Assembly (NCBI GenBank): GCA_016215315.1
Contig: JACRKG010000040.1
Coordinates: 3,128 to 67,127 of the forward strand
DNA length: 64,000 bases
From: Candidatus Woesearchaeota archaeon
GTDB lineage: Archaea > Nanobdellota > Nanobdellia > Woesearchaeales > ARS49
Direction of reading: 5' to 3'
Of the stretch, positions 52,495-62,613 are shown piece by piece. Each line of letters opens with the position of its first letter. The stretch's first letter is position 1. Made by a program: the position numbers and the translations under genes. A model generated the notes under the pieces. It did no database searches. It saw only the letters and a program-made list of their open reading frames with translations, and was not told the DNA's origin.

Positions 52495-53400
52495 TTATTT
52501 GTATCCCAATGCTTTGACTTGTAAAACTTCAGGACACCACGCAAGTACTCGTTCACTTTTAATTTCAAAAACTTTTCCATGCATTTCAAATCTTCCTTGT
52601 TCATCTGCTAAACTTTTAAGCATTCCCATAAATGGAATAAATTTTGAAATATATTTCCCGAAAACTCCTTGGTACACTTCACCAGCTCTTTTTGATGTTT
52701 CTGGACAAGTGTAAACAAAATCTTCAAGACCTAATCTTTCTTGTAAAATGACTTCGTTGCTACTTGTTTTCAAATTGTTTGTTCCATAGAATAAATTGCC
52801 GTCTGGCGCTAAAACTCTTAAAGCTTCATTAAACGCTCTGTTTTGATCCCAAAAATACATTGATGCTTCAAAACAAGTTACTAAATCAAACTTATCAGTC
52901 CACTCTTCAGGCAATACTTCTGCTATAGACAATCTAAAATTAATTGTATCTCTTACGTTTTGTTTTTGATTAGAAACTGCATGACCAACTATAGGAGTTC
53001 CTAATTTGTCTTGAATTTCTCTTAAAAAAACTGCTTGTCCACAACCAATATCTAACAATTCTACATTATCTTTCTTTTTTAATTTAGCATTAATTATTTC
53101 CACTAGAGGAGCGCCTGCCATCTTAGAGTACTCTTCTATTCCTCTATCCCAAGTACCGCTTTCTTCAAGAAAAAATCGCTGAGTTTCTTCATCAGACATT
53201 TTTGCAAGCTCTTCCGAATTTACTTTTTCATAACCACTGATAAGCGTTGCAGTCCAATAAATAGCAAGTTCTCTTAGTTCTTCCTCGCTTAATTTTCGAC
53301 TTCCAAGTGATTTTAGTAATTGTTTTTGCAAATAACTCTGCATTACATCCACAAGCCTATTCATTTCTGTTTTTGGAAGTTGATAAAAATGGGTTGTCAT
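52495..53400 (-). CDS. Class I SAM-dependent methyltransferase
   Basis: LLDIGCGQA, FDLVTC, RVLAPDG. Confidence 0.82.
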   Translation of the reverse strand: MTTHFYQLPKTEMNRLVDVMQSYLQKQLLKSLGSRKLSEEELRELAIYWTATLISGYEKVNSEELAKMSDEETQRFFLEESGTWDRGIEEYSKMAGAPLVEIINAKLKKKDNVELLDIGCGQAVFLREIQDKLGTPIVGHAVSNQKQNVRDTINFRLSIAEVLPEEWTDKFDLVTCFEASMYFWDQNRAFNEALRVLAPDGNLFYGTNNLKTSSNEVILQERLGLEDFVYTCPETSKRAGEVYQGVFGKYISKFIPFMGMLKSLADEQGRFEMHGKVFEIKSERVLAWCPEVLQVKALGYK

Positions 53401-53504
53401 AACGAGAGTAATACTATCACTAGTATTTAAATGTTTCTATTTTTAACCACTTGACAGTGATAAAAAAGAAAAACTCATAAATATGTGTTAATTATAACAC
53501 CACT

Positions 53505-53951
53505 ATGTGGCAAATAGATAAATTAGTTAAAATAGGTACAAGAGAATTAGCAGAAAATTTCGGCAAAGATATGGCCGGAGTAATTCTAGAACCAGATAGA
53601 GCGCCACATCATTGGATTAATTTAGATTGTTTGCTTCCTGGTGATGCGCCTTTTAATTTTTATATTGTTGGAAAGAATGATTTTTCTGGCTATGAAACCA
53701 TGAATGAATACATGGGACAAGTTTTAGTTCGAGATGGACACGTTCAATTTTATGATCGATATCCTGTTGGTGGAGGACCTTTTGAAGTGAAAGATTTTAA
53801 AAGTCCTGATTTTAGAAGAAGAGCAGAATTAATTGTTCAAAATATAGATCAACTTCTTGGTTATGATGGAAAAGAAGCTGCTTTTGATGTAAAGAAAGAT
53901 GAAAACGTTAAACAAGCACGTCTTCAAGAGCCTAAAAAATACGACGTTTAA
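53505..53951 (+). CDS. Hypothetical protein
   Basis: 148-aa ATG ORF. Confidence 0.55.
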   Translation: MWQIDKLVKIGTRELAENFGKDMAGVILEPDRAPHHWINLDCLLPGDAPFNFYIVGKNDFSGYETMNEYMGQVLVRDGHVQFYDRYPVGGGPFEVKDFKSPDFRRRAELIVQNIDQLLGYDGKEAAFDVKKDENVKQARLQEPKKYDV

Positions 53952-53975
53952 AATTTAAATCCCTCAAATTAACAA

Positions 53976-55346
53976 TCACAAAGTTGTTGTGAATTCAGAT
54001 AGCAAAAACAACCATGCAGGAATATAATTTATTGTTGTTTTTTTTATTTTTTCAACTTTAAAATAATCTTTCGTGATGATAATTCCTTCATCTAGATTGT
54101 TATCTTCTATGAAGCTAAAGAATTCTTTATTCACTTCAGGTTGTGAAGAATATTTTACTTCAACAGGAATTATTTTTTCATTTAAAAAAACGAAGTCTAT
54201 TTCTCCATTTCTTCTAAAATAAAATGTTTTTCCTCGCAAAGCAAGATGCACTCCAATTAGATTTTCCATTATAAATCCTTCATTTTCAAATTTGATTTCG
54301 TAGTCTTTAACAATTGCATTCCTTAATCCTTGGTCTATGCATAAATATTTTTTTTTAGATTTAATCTGCTCTTTCACACTTTTTGCAAATTTATGAATCT
54401 CTATTATGAGATAAGAACTTTTGAGGTATTCAATATAATTAAGAAGAATGCTCCTATGAAGACCTGCTATTTCATTGATACTCTCATAACTTAAAATTTT
54501 AGATTGATTTTCCATGATAAAAGTAAAAATGTTTTCAAGGGTTTTAGGACTTCGTATGTTAAACTGGTTAGATACATCTTCATATATTGCTTTTTTTGGA
54601 ATGTCATTTCTGATTGTTTCAAACCATTTGCTGGTTTCTTTTATTGAAAACCACTCGGGAAATCCTCCAACCAAAACATAGCTGCGAAATAAATCAATAA
54701 CCGTTTCTCTTATTTTACTAACTCCAATTGAATCCATTTTTTTAATTTCTTTAATCGTGAAAAGCTTAATTTCAACGTTATTAAATTTTAGAAATTCGTG
54801 AAATGAAAGCGGATAAATAGTAAAGTCAAATGATCTTCCTCTTAAATATAAATTAGCATCTCTTTGAAGAACCAGGCTTGAAGAACCAGTTATTACAAAC
54901 TTTACTTTTTCAGAATATTTGTCAAAAAAAGATTTCATCCATACGTGCCAGTCTTTGCAAGTATGCACTTCATCAAAAAAAACATATTTTTTTCCTTCAA
55001 CTGCAATATTCTCAAGAAAAAAATCAAGAATATCTTTGAATAAAGAATCTGTATGAATAGCCAAAACAGGATCATCAAAAGAGTAATAAAGTATATTTCT
55101 TGGATTAATTTTTTTAAGCAAAAAAGAGATTGTTTGCTTTATTAATGTTGTTTTTCCTGAACGTCTAGGCCCTAAAATTTGAATAATTCTTCTCGTTTCA
55201 AGTTCTTCAGTTAGTTTACTAAATATATCTCGTTCAACAAATTTAGATAAATCCAATTTGTCACTTATCCACCAAGGATTTAATTTTTCGAGTTCTTTTC
55301 CAAATAATGCTAAGTTTTTTATCATATTATACATCTCATTGTTCAA
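53976..55346 (-). CDS. AAA+ ATPase (AAA_14 + DUF4143 type)
   Basis: NPWW, GPRRSGKTT, FFDEVH, TGSSS, GGFPE, DQGLRN, EIDFV, PVEVK. Confidence 0.9.
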   Translation of the reverse strand: MNNEMYNMIKNLALFGKELEKLNPWWISDKLDLSKFVERDIFSKLTEELETRRIIQILGPRRSGKTTLIKQTISFLLKKINPRNILYYSFDDPVLAIHTDSLFKDILDFFLENIAVEGKKYVFFDEVHTCKDWHVWMKSFFDKYSEKVKFVITGSSSLVLQRDANLYLRGRSFDFTIYPLSFHEFLKFNNVEIKLFTIKEIKKMDSIGVSKIRETVIDLFRSYVLVGGFPEWFSIKETSKWFETIRNDIPKKAIYEDVSNQFNIRSPKTLENIFTFIMENQSKILSYESINEIAGLHRSILLNYIEYLKSSYLIIEIHKFAKSVKEQIKSKKKYLCIDQGLRNAIVKDYEIKFENEGFIMENLIGVHLALRGKTFYFRRNGEIDFVFLNEKIIPVEVKYSSQPEVNKEFFSFIEDNNLDEGIIITKDYFKVEKIKKTTINYIPAWLFLLSEFTTTL

Positions 55347-55437
55347 TATTTATAAATCTTTCTATAGTGTAGTGTGCAATATTTATTAATTATCGTATAC
55401 TATAATATACAAAAAATAGCAATTGTAATAGAATTGC

Positions 55438-55980
55438 TTACCAGGCAGTTCCAGAGGTAGTTTCTTTATCTGATCTCCATTTTTTTAAATCGTCTTTCCA
55501 TTTTCTGTTTTTCTCTTCTTCCTCATAGTGTTTATCGATCATTTTTTGAAGAGTTTTTTCTATGTTTTTATCTGAATATTGGTTTTTTGTGGTCTCTTGT
55601 ATTTGAATAAGGCATTTTTTTGCTAAATCACATTCTGTATTTGTTTTTTCTAATTGTTCTTCAAGTCTTTTTTTGTGATCTATTTTCTTATTTATTTTTG
55701 CAGTAGCATTAACCAAAGTCGCAAAAGATAGAATTGCTGCAGCAGTAAAAGCCACGACAGTATATACCGCTTTTTCGAGATTTGCCGGTTCATACAATGA
55801 AACACTAGGCAGTACAAATAATGTAAGTAAAGATGCGGGTGCTGTAATAACAGTACTTACAAAAGCAGAATACTGTGAAAAATATTCTGTTCTGGTTGGT
55901 TCAGGAGCATTTCTTAGTTCTTCTTCCAATTGTGCTATTTTTTTCTGGTATTTTTCATTTAGTTTTTCTTCGTTAAACAT
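55438..55980 (-). CDS. Hypothetical membrane protein (two TM helices plus coiled coil)
   Basis: Two hydrophobic segments flanked by K/E-rich helices. Confidence 0.6.
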   Translation of the reverse strand: MFNEEKLNEKYQKKIAQLEEELRNAPEPTRTEYFSQYSAFVSTVITAPASLLTLFVLPSVSLYEPANLEKAVYTVVAFTAAAILSFATLVNATAKINKKIDHKKRLEEQLEKTNTECDLAKKCLIQIQETTKNQYSDKNIEKTLQKMIDKHYEEEEKNRKWKDDLKKWRSDKETTSGTAW

Positions 55981-56152
55981 TTTTTATTTTCTCCGCGTTT
56001 AGAGTCTGCATGACTTCTGAATCATTGCAGCCTTGGAGGTATTTTTACTTATTGCACTAAATATGGGATATTATACAAGATTTAACGTTTAATTGGGATT
56101 TTAACTGTTAAAAATAGAAAAGTTTAAATATTGTCTTTATTTATGTTGCAGT

Positions 56153-56614
56153 ATGGCGGATGAAATAGACAAACAAATATTGATTGAGCTTCAGAAAGAT
56201 GCTGACAGACGAATGTATCAGCTAGAAAAAATTACGAAAATACCAAGATCAACGATCCATAACAGAATTCAAAAGCTCAAGAAAGATAAAATAATCACGC
56301 AAATAAAAGCAGTTGTTGACCCAGAAAAAATAAACCTTAATGTCTGCGCACTTATTCATATTGTTGTATCATTCAAAAAAGGAGTTCACGTAATAGCTCA
56401 AAGGCTTGCTAATTTAAAAAATGTTGAAGAAGTCTATATTACTGCAGGAGTATTTGATGTTATAGCAAAAGTAAGATTCAAAAGCAACAAAGAACTCTCA
56501 GATTTCATTTTCAACGACAAAACAGGAATAAAAATCTGGGATGGTGTTGAACGAACAGAAAGCATGATTTGTTTAGAAACAATAAAAGAAAACGGAGTGT
56601 TGGAGACGCCTTGA
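56153..56614 (+). CDS. Lrp/AsnC family transcriptional regulator
   Basis: DEIDKQIL.EL, STIHNRIQKL, TAGVFDVI. Confidence 0.9.
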   Translation: MADEIDKQILIELQKDADRRMYQLEKITKIPRSTIHNRIQKLKKDKIITQIKAVVDPEKINLNVCALIHIVVSFKKGVHVIAQRLANLKNVEEVYITAGVFDVIAKVRFKSNKELSDFIFNDKTGIKIWDGVERTESMICLETIKENGVLETP

Positions 56615-56622
56615 AAAAACCA

Positions 56623-57276
56623 ATGGATTTGTTTGGTGAAGCACTTTATGCGTATTGGAAAGGCGATAGAAAATCTAAACTTTTCATGATATTTATATCT
56701 GGAAAAGAATGCTGCTCTCTAAATTTAAAAGTTTACTTTAGAAAACACAACCAATTAACAACGCTTGAAAAAAAATTAATTTCGTTAGCAAGGGGGAATA
56801 TTCTCGATGTTGGATGTGCAACGGGCTATTATATACCTTCACTCATGAAAAAAGGCAAAACTGAGGGAATAGATATTTCTGAAAAAGCAATAAAAGTAGC
56901 TAAAGAAATGGGACTAAACAATTGTCATGTTGCGAATATTTTTCATTTTCCTACTAATAAAAAATATGATACGATTACTTTACTGCAAAATAATCTTGGC
57001 ATGGCTGAAACTTTACCAAATGCAAAAAGAATGCTCAAGATATTATGCGATTTATTAAAAAATGAAGGACAAATTCTAGTAATACATCGAAAAACTCAAG
57101 GAAAATATAATGCAAGTAAAAGAAAATTCAAGTGGAACAATAAAATCAGTTCAAAATTCAGTTGGATTAACATTAATACAAAATTCTTATCCAAACTATG
57201 CGATGATGTTGAATTAAAAATAGAAATAATTGGTAAGAACAATCAGCATGACTTAATTAGAATCGTGAAGAAATGA
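56623..57276 (+). CDS. Class I SAM-dependent methyltransferase
   Basis: MDLFGEALYAY, ILDVGCATG, GIDIS, YDTITLLQNNLG; start moved to ATG 56623. Confidence 0.85.
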   Translation: MDLFGEALYAYWKGDRKSKLFMIFISGKECCSLNLKVYFRKHNQLTTLEKKLISLARGNILDVGCATGYYIPSLMKKGKTEGIDISEKAIKVAKEMGLNNCHVANIFHFPTNKKYDTITLLQNNLGMAETLPNAKRMLKILCDLLKNEGQILVIHRKTQGKYNASKRKFKWNNKISSKFSWININTKFLSKLCDDVELKIEIIGKNNQHDLIRIVKK

Positions 57277-57313
57277 CTGTCTGAGCGAGACCTTAAAACT
57301 AAATAGAGGCACT

Positions 57314-58390
57314 CTATCTATCAAATAATTCTGCTGCAGATTTGAGCAAGGTAATTTTCTTCTTCTTTGAATATTGAATAATTTGTTTTAATCTCTTGCC
57401 GACAATATTGGACTTTTTTCTTGCTTCTAGAACTGTTTTGCCCTCTCTTTCTATCAACGCCTGTAAAAATCCGCCGCAGTTTAACACAAAATCAGGAATA
57501 TATGTGATTCCTTTTTTTAATAATATTTTTTCATCATCGAATTCATTCTCAAGAGGATTATTCGCTCCTCCAGCAATGATTTTACATTTCAATTTTGGCA
57601 ATGTCTTTTCATTAATTACTGCACCCAACGCACATGGAGCAAGTATGTCAACTTTCTGAAAAAGTATTTTTTTGGGAGGTATAATCTTTACGCCTATTTT
57701 TCTTGCTTTTTTGTAATTTGATTTTATTACATCTGCTGCCATAACATCACAGCCTTTTTTGACTAGTAATTGTGCGAGGGGGAAACCTACTGCTCCAAGT
57801 CCTTGTATTGCAACACTACATTTTTGCAAAGGTTTATTTAAAATTTCTTCACAAATAACTTCAAATCCGTGAATCATACCTTCTGCAGTATTTTCTCCAG
57901 TACTTCCCAATCCTTTTTCTAAGTGAGATAATGAATCAACATGATCTGTTTTTGAGGCTATTTGTTTTCCATCTTTCATAACAAACCCTAAATCAATTGC
58001 TGTTTTGAATAATCCTTTATGCATCTGAATGAAATCTCCTATTGATTGTAAAAAAAGAGTATTTTTCTTCTGATTTGCCAATACAACTGCTTTACATCCG
58101 CCTTCATTTACTCCTAGAACATTAGCTTTTCTAGTCATTGCTCTTGCTAATTTTAGAGCATCTTGCAAAGCAATGTCTGCGTCTTGATGGGCAAATCTAG
58201 TTCCTCCAGAAGCAGAAACATTTTTGCTTAATTTTCCTGATTTTTCTCTTTTTTCGGGGATAGAATCAACAACCCAAACTAATTTAAGATCTGTTTTAGG
58301 ATTATAGTGAAACGTGATTTGCCTACAACCCTCTTTCTTTAGTATTTTAAAAACGTCTTTTGCGGTTTTAACATGCCATCTCTGTTTCAT
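57314..58390 (-). CDS. Glu/Leu/Phe/Val dehydrogenase (leucine dehydrogenase-like)
   Basis: GGTRF, LARAMTRK, GGCKAV, IQGLGAVG, PCALGA, GGANN, PDFVLNCGG. Confidence 0.9.
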   Translation of the reverse strand: MKQRWHVKTAKDVFKILKKEGCRQITFHYNPKTDLKLVWVVDSIPEKREKSGKLSKNVSASGGTRFAHQDADIALQDALKLARAMTRKANVLGVNEGGCKAVVLANQKKNTLFLQSIGDFIQMHKGLFKTAIDLGFVMKDGKQIASKTDHVDSLSHLEKGLGSTGENTAEGMIHGFEVICEEILNKPLQKCSVAIQGLGAVGFPLAQLLVKKGCDVMAADVIKSNYKKARKIGVKIIPPKKILFQKVDILAPCALGAVINEKTLPKLKCKIIAGGANNPLENEFDDEKILLKKGITYIPDFVLNCGGFLQALIEREGKTVLEARKKSNIVGKRLKQIIQYSKKKKITLLKSAAELFDR

Positions 58391-58412
58391 ATTTGATAAA
58401 ATATATTAAATA

Positions 58413-59681
58413 TTATATAAACTTTTGTGAATGCCTGTTTTTATTCTTCATTTGTCCTTCTATTTCTTTGATTAATTTTTCCGCAATATCATTTTTATCA
58501 TGTGCTTCAATTATTTCCCCTCCCATACTTTCGGATTTTACTATGTATGCTGTATGCGCATCTTTCATGTCTTCATTTCTATTAGCAACAACGATTTGAT
58601 AATGCTTAGCTCTTTCTCTTGCAACGCTTAACAAATCTTCTTGACTTATTTTTGCCATTAGCTTGAACGTCACCATGAATAAATCAGGATTTAGTTCTCT
58701 GACTTCATTAATTATTTTCTTCGTTTGCTTGAATTTTATTTCTAATTCACCTAATGAAGGAATTTTACCGTCAAATTTTTGCACTGGTGTGTAATCTGCT
58801 ACTGCTGCGCTAAAAATTGCAGCATTATAACTTGTGTTACTCAATTCTTTGAATACATTGTCTCTGTATTCATCATAGTCTTCATGATAAATTGTTTTCA
58901 AGTAAGAAGGTGCTTTTAGCCCTGTCTTTCCTAGCAATAAAGTAACATCATGCCCTCGGTGATATGCTTCTTTAGCAATTTCAACAGCTAAAGCTCCTTT
59001 GAATTTATTTGTTATGATTCGTACGTCATCTATTTTCACCGGTGTTGCGCCGCCAGTTACTAAAATTTTTGAAGGTTTTTTGTTTAGGATATTGCAAGTT
59101 TCTGCAACAATATCTTCTATTTTAGGAATTTTTGCTTTATGTTCTTCAAGTCTTGGTTCTATTATGTGAATTCCGTAATCAGAGTTAAGCTCATTACTGA
59201 GATTCTTTTGTAAAAAAGGATTTTCGTAAAGGGATTCATGCATTGTTGGGGCTAAAATAGCAGGTTTTAATTTTTCTGTTCCAGAAAAATCGGGATTTAC
59301 TTGATTTGAATAAATTTTGTTAGTTCCTAAAGCGCTAGCAATTAAAGTTGTAACAGGATCATCTGCTATTCCTGAATATATTTTGTTAATAGTGTTTAGT
59401 GTTGCCGGAGCAACTAAAACAATATCTTCACTACAAATATGTTCTGCTAAACCGCTTAATTCTTTAACAACTGGTTTGCCCGTAGCCCATTCTAATGCTG
59501 TTTCTCCAATGAATTTTAGTGCAGAAGAAGTAACATAAGCAGTAACCTTAGCACCATAACGACGCAAATGTCTTGCTATTTTTGGTGTTTCAATTGCAGC
59601 AATACCTCCAGTAACACATAAAGCCACTTTTTTCCCTTCCAAATAATTTCCTAAATTTTTAACTTGTAAGTCTTGGTTCAT
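58413..59681 (-). CDS. coaBC: CoaBC-like bifunctional flavoprotein (HFCD decarboxylase + PPC synthetase domains)
   Basis: CVTGGIAA, APATLNTINK, PTMH, EEHKAK, LVTGGAT...DDVR.ITN, SAAVADY, FK. Confidence 0.8.
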   Translation of the reverse strand: MNQDLQVKNLGNYLEGKKVALCVTGGIAAIETPKIARHLRRYGAKVTAYVTSSALKFIGETALEWATGKPVVKELSGLAEHICSEDIVLVAPATLNTINKIYSGIADDPVTTLIASALGTNKIYSNQVNPDFSGTEKLKPAILAPTMHESLYENPFLQKNLSNELNSDYGIHIIEPRLEEHKAKIPKIEDIVAETCNILNKKPSKILVTGGATPVKIDDVRIITNKFKGALAVEIAKEAYHRGHDVTLLLGKTGLKAPSYLKTIYHEDYDEYRDNVFKELSNTSYNAAIFSAAVADYTPVQKFDGKIPSLGELEIKFKQTKKIINEVRELNPDLFMVTFKLMAKISQEDLLSVARERAKHYQIVVANRNEDMKDAHTAYIVKSESMGGEIIEAHDKNDIAEKLIKEIEGQMKNKNRHSQKFI

Positions 59682-59693
59682 TTTTCCCTCCTT

Positions 59694-60590
59694 CTAGCTA
59701 CAAAAATCTTCATAGCTATCATATGCTTCATACCAACTACTACAACCACAGTCATCATAATAGCTGTAAAGTGGTGAGATTCTTTTTCTTTCATTTGAAA
59801 GAATTAATTTCTTTGCGTTTTTGTAATAAACTTGTTTTTTATCCTTTTCAGAAAAATCTTTCATTGCGTTTTCAATTACAAAAATAGAATCCTCATATGT
59901 TTCAACAGGAAAGTCGGTGCCAAATAATAATTTCTCAGGACCACACTCATTCAGGAATTCTTTTGTCAAGTCAACATGAGATTTAAGTAGCGCACTGGAA
60001 TCTGCATAAATTGTTTTATTTCTTTTCACAACTTCAATGAGCTCCTCAGTAAAAGGTCTTGCGAGGTGACAAAGAATCATCTTTTGTCCATTTTGTGCAA
60101 TAAACTCGAGTTCCGAAGGTTTAACTTCTCCAGCAATAAAACGGTTATCTTTTCTACCGTGCGTGTAACCCATGTGAAACATTAAAGGTAAATTATATTT
60201 TTCTGTTAGTTTTAGGACTTGTTTGAAGTTTTCTCCGTGTAAATCAATGTGTTGATAGCTTGTGTAAATTTTTATTCCGCTTAATTCATTTCTTTCAGCT
60301 AATTCTTCTAATTCGTTATAACCTTGGTAAAAATATTTTTCAAAGTCAAGGCTTCCAAAAAGTAGAAATTCATGAAATGGAGTTTCCAAATTATAATTTT
60401 TTATCCAATCTAGCATTCGGAAATTACTAATGCCTGTGCCTTTGTGAGGGAAATAAGTTGCCAGTAAAACGGTTTTTTCAACGTGATGTTTTATCATTTC
60501 TTGTTCTAAAGTTTTGATTGTTGCATCTTTGTAAGTAATTCCTTCAACGGGTCTGTTTGTTACATGTGCATGGATGTCTATTTTTATCAT
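59694..60590 (-). CDS. Amidohydrolase (TIM-barrel, amidohydrolase_2-like) with an aromatic/acidic C-terminal tail
   Basis: DIHAH, FHMG, CHL, LFGTDFP, NAKKL. Confidence 0.82.
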   Translation of the reverse strand: MIKIDIHAHVTNRPVEGITYKDATIKTLEQEMIKHHVEKTVLLATYFPHKGTGISNFRMLDWIKNYNLETPFHEFLLFGSLDFEKYFYQGYNELEELAERNELSGIKIYTSYQHIDLHGENFKQVLKLTEKYNLPLMFHMGYTHGRKDNRFIAGEVKPSELEFIAQNGQKMILCHLARPFTEELIEVVKRNKTIYADSSALLKSHVDLTKEFLNECGPEKLLFGTDFPVETYEDSIFVIENAMKDFSEKDKKQVYYKNAKKLILSNERKRISPLYSYYDDCGCSSWYEAYDSYEDFCS

Positions 60591-61651
60591 TCTAAGTAAC
60601 CTCCGTGTATTTCTGGAATCATTCTTGGAAAATACTGAATATTTTCTAATTTAGCAAGATTATTTGCTAACACCAGCGATCCATGACCTCTTAAGTTAAC
60701 TGCAAAATTTGTTTTAGTTTTATTGGGAAAAAGCTTAACAACTTCATCAAATTCTTCTAATGCACCACAAGGAACTATGTTGTCAGTAAAAGGAGCATCT
60801 TTAACGTAAACATGCGCATGAAGCATATAATTAACATTATTATAGTGCTCGTAAAGTTTAACTTGTATTGGTGTATCAACAGAAGGCTTGTTTTCACCTT
60901 GGTATTGCACAGGTAATTCTATTTTTACTGGAACAAATGATAAAGCGCTTATTTCTCTTTTGTCAACATTTCTTTTTGAAACAAAAATTATCTTATCTTT
61001 TCTAAAAGAAGGAAACCCATTCTCACATCTGAAAGAAGCATTACCAAAAAATCTATTTACCGCCTCAGGATGTGCATGAATTAATTCATGAAATTTAGTT
61101 GCATAATTTTTTACTAACGTAAAAAATTCAGTTTCATTTGGTGTTTTTATTTCTCCATTTACTTGTTCACTTTGAACTCTGCTAAAATTAAGCAATTCTT
61201 GTGTTCTTTTCTTCAAGGCTTTACCAACCAAATTGAAATCTTTAGAATAATCAAGGAAAACATTGCCTAAAGGGTCAGCAACTCTTCCTCTGTAGCGGTC
61301 ATTTAATTGGGAGAATTCAACAAATAAATTGCTTTTATTGTCTAAAGCGCGATAAATTAGATCAGCAAAAGAATATTCACCGTTGTTTCTCTTTGAAGTT
61401 ACTAGTATGCACTCTTTATTTTTCTCTTTTATTTCTTTTATTAATTTAGGTTTCTCATTATCGACATCAGCAAACCAGTAAATAAGTTTGAAATCAGTAA
61501 CTGATTCAAGAATTTTTTCTAAATCACTGAAGCTGCCTCCATTAATGTACTGCATTTCTTCTGTTTTTACTTGTTCATATATTTGCGCAGCGATCTTTGA
61601 AGGTCTTCCATTATTATCATCAAATTTTCCCGCAATGTATAAAGTTTTCAT
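60587..61651 (-). CDS. Class II aldolase/adducin domain protein with an unknown N-terminal domain
   Basis: GNASFRC, SVDTP, MLHAHVY, NLRGHGSLV. Confidence 0.75.
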   Translation of the reverse strand: MKTLYIAGKFDDNNGRPSKIAAQIYEQVKTEEMQYINGGSFSDLEKILESVTDFKLIYWFADVDNEKPKLIKEIKEKNKECILVTSKRNNGEYSFADLIYRALDNKSNLFVEFSQLNDRYRGRVADPLGNVFLDYSKDFNLVGKALKKRTQELLNFSRVQSEQVNGEIKTPNETEFFTLVKNYATKFHELIHAHPEAVNRFFGNASFRCENGFPSFRKDKIIFVSKRNVDKREISALSFVPVKIELPVQYQGENKPSVDTPIQVKLYEHYNNVNYMLHAHVYVKDAPFTDNIVPCGALEEFDEVVKLFPNKTKTNFAVNLRGHGSLVLANNLAKLENIQYFPRMIPEIHGGYLE

Positions 61652-61732
61652 AACATACAGTAATCGGTATATTAATATAAACTATTTCTATAAATCTTTA
61701 AACTTCTATAAATCTTAGAAAAGCTTAAATAC

Positions 61733-61786
61733 TAGTTTATAGTTTACAGGACGTACTATAAACTTTAAACCATAAACTATAAACTT
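61733..61786. repeat. Heptamer repeat arranged as a hairpin
   Basis: AGTTTATAGTTTA / TAAACTATAAACT 13-bp inverted repeat around CAGGACGTACTAT. Confidence 0.8.
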
Positions 61787-61803
61787 AATGAGGATTAATT
61801 ATT

Positions 61804-62613
61804 ATGAAGGTAATCGAACGCAGCTTACAAGAAATAGGCCAATCTTTGCTAGTTACTTTGCCTAAATCTTGGACTAAAACACTTAATTTGAAGAAAGGTT
61901 CGCCAATTAAGATGACTATTTCGGAAGCAGGCAACTTGTTGATTGCTCCTGAGTTTGTTAAAAAAGAAGAAAAGAAAGAAACTACCATCCCTTTTGATGA
62001 TTTCTTTTCTAAACGATTTTTTAGCGCTTATTTTGAAGGTAACGAAAAAATAACTATTACTTTTGATAAAGAAGCCAGAATTCATTAGTTTTTGAACAAA
62101 TTCATGAATGTACAAATAATTGAGGAGACGAGCAACAAAATTGTTGTTAAAGTATTCAAAATTGATGAGTTAAGCATTGAGGAGTGCTTGAAAAGAATGT
62201 TTCATTTATCTCTCAACATGTTTGATGAAGTAGGAAATAATAACAGATTAAAAGAATTAAAAAATTCATTAGTTAAATTCTATTACTTGCTAGTTATGCA
62301 GATTAGAAGATTTCTGGCTGAAGGCAAATATACTGAAGAAAACCAAATTTCACTGTTAAGAGCAATGGATTGCAGAATGATTGCTGAAAAGATGGAAAAA
62401 ATAAGCGATATTTTTTTTCTCACAGAAAAAAATAAGTTGATGAAAGAAATTAAGGAATTTTACTCAAAAGCGTTTAATAACTGTTTTAATAATGAATTTG
62501 TAAAATCATTAGAGTTAATGAAAGAAAAAAAAGAATTGTTTAAAAAAACTAAAGATAAAGATATGCTCTTGCTGCTTTCATATGCAAATGATATTGGAAT
62601 GCTTACAAAATAG
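61804..62613 (+). pseudogene. AbrB + PhoU-like phosphate uptake regulator split by an in-frame TAG
   Basis: RSLQEIGQSLLVTLPKSW AbrB N-terminus; TAG at 62086-88 with the same frame continuing FLNKFMNVQIIEETSNKIVVK. Confidence 0.7.

Noticed and set aside
62086-62088. Genome-wide TAG reassignment
   Set aside because: Ro60, the metallophosphoesterase and other genes end at TAG at expected domain ends, and the 16-kb ORF contains no TAG
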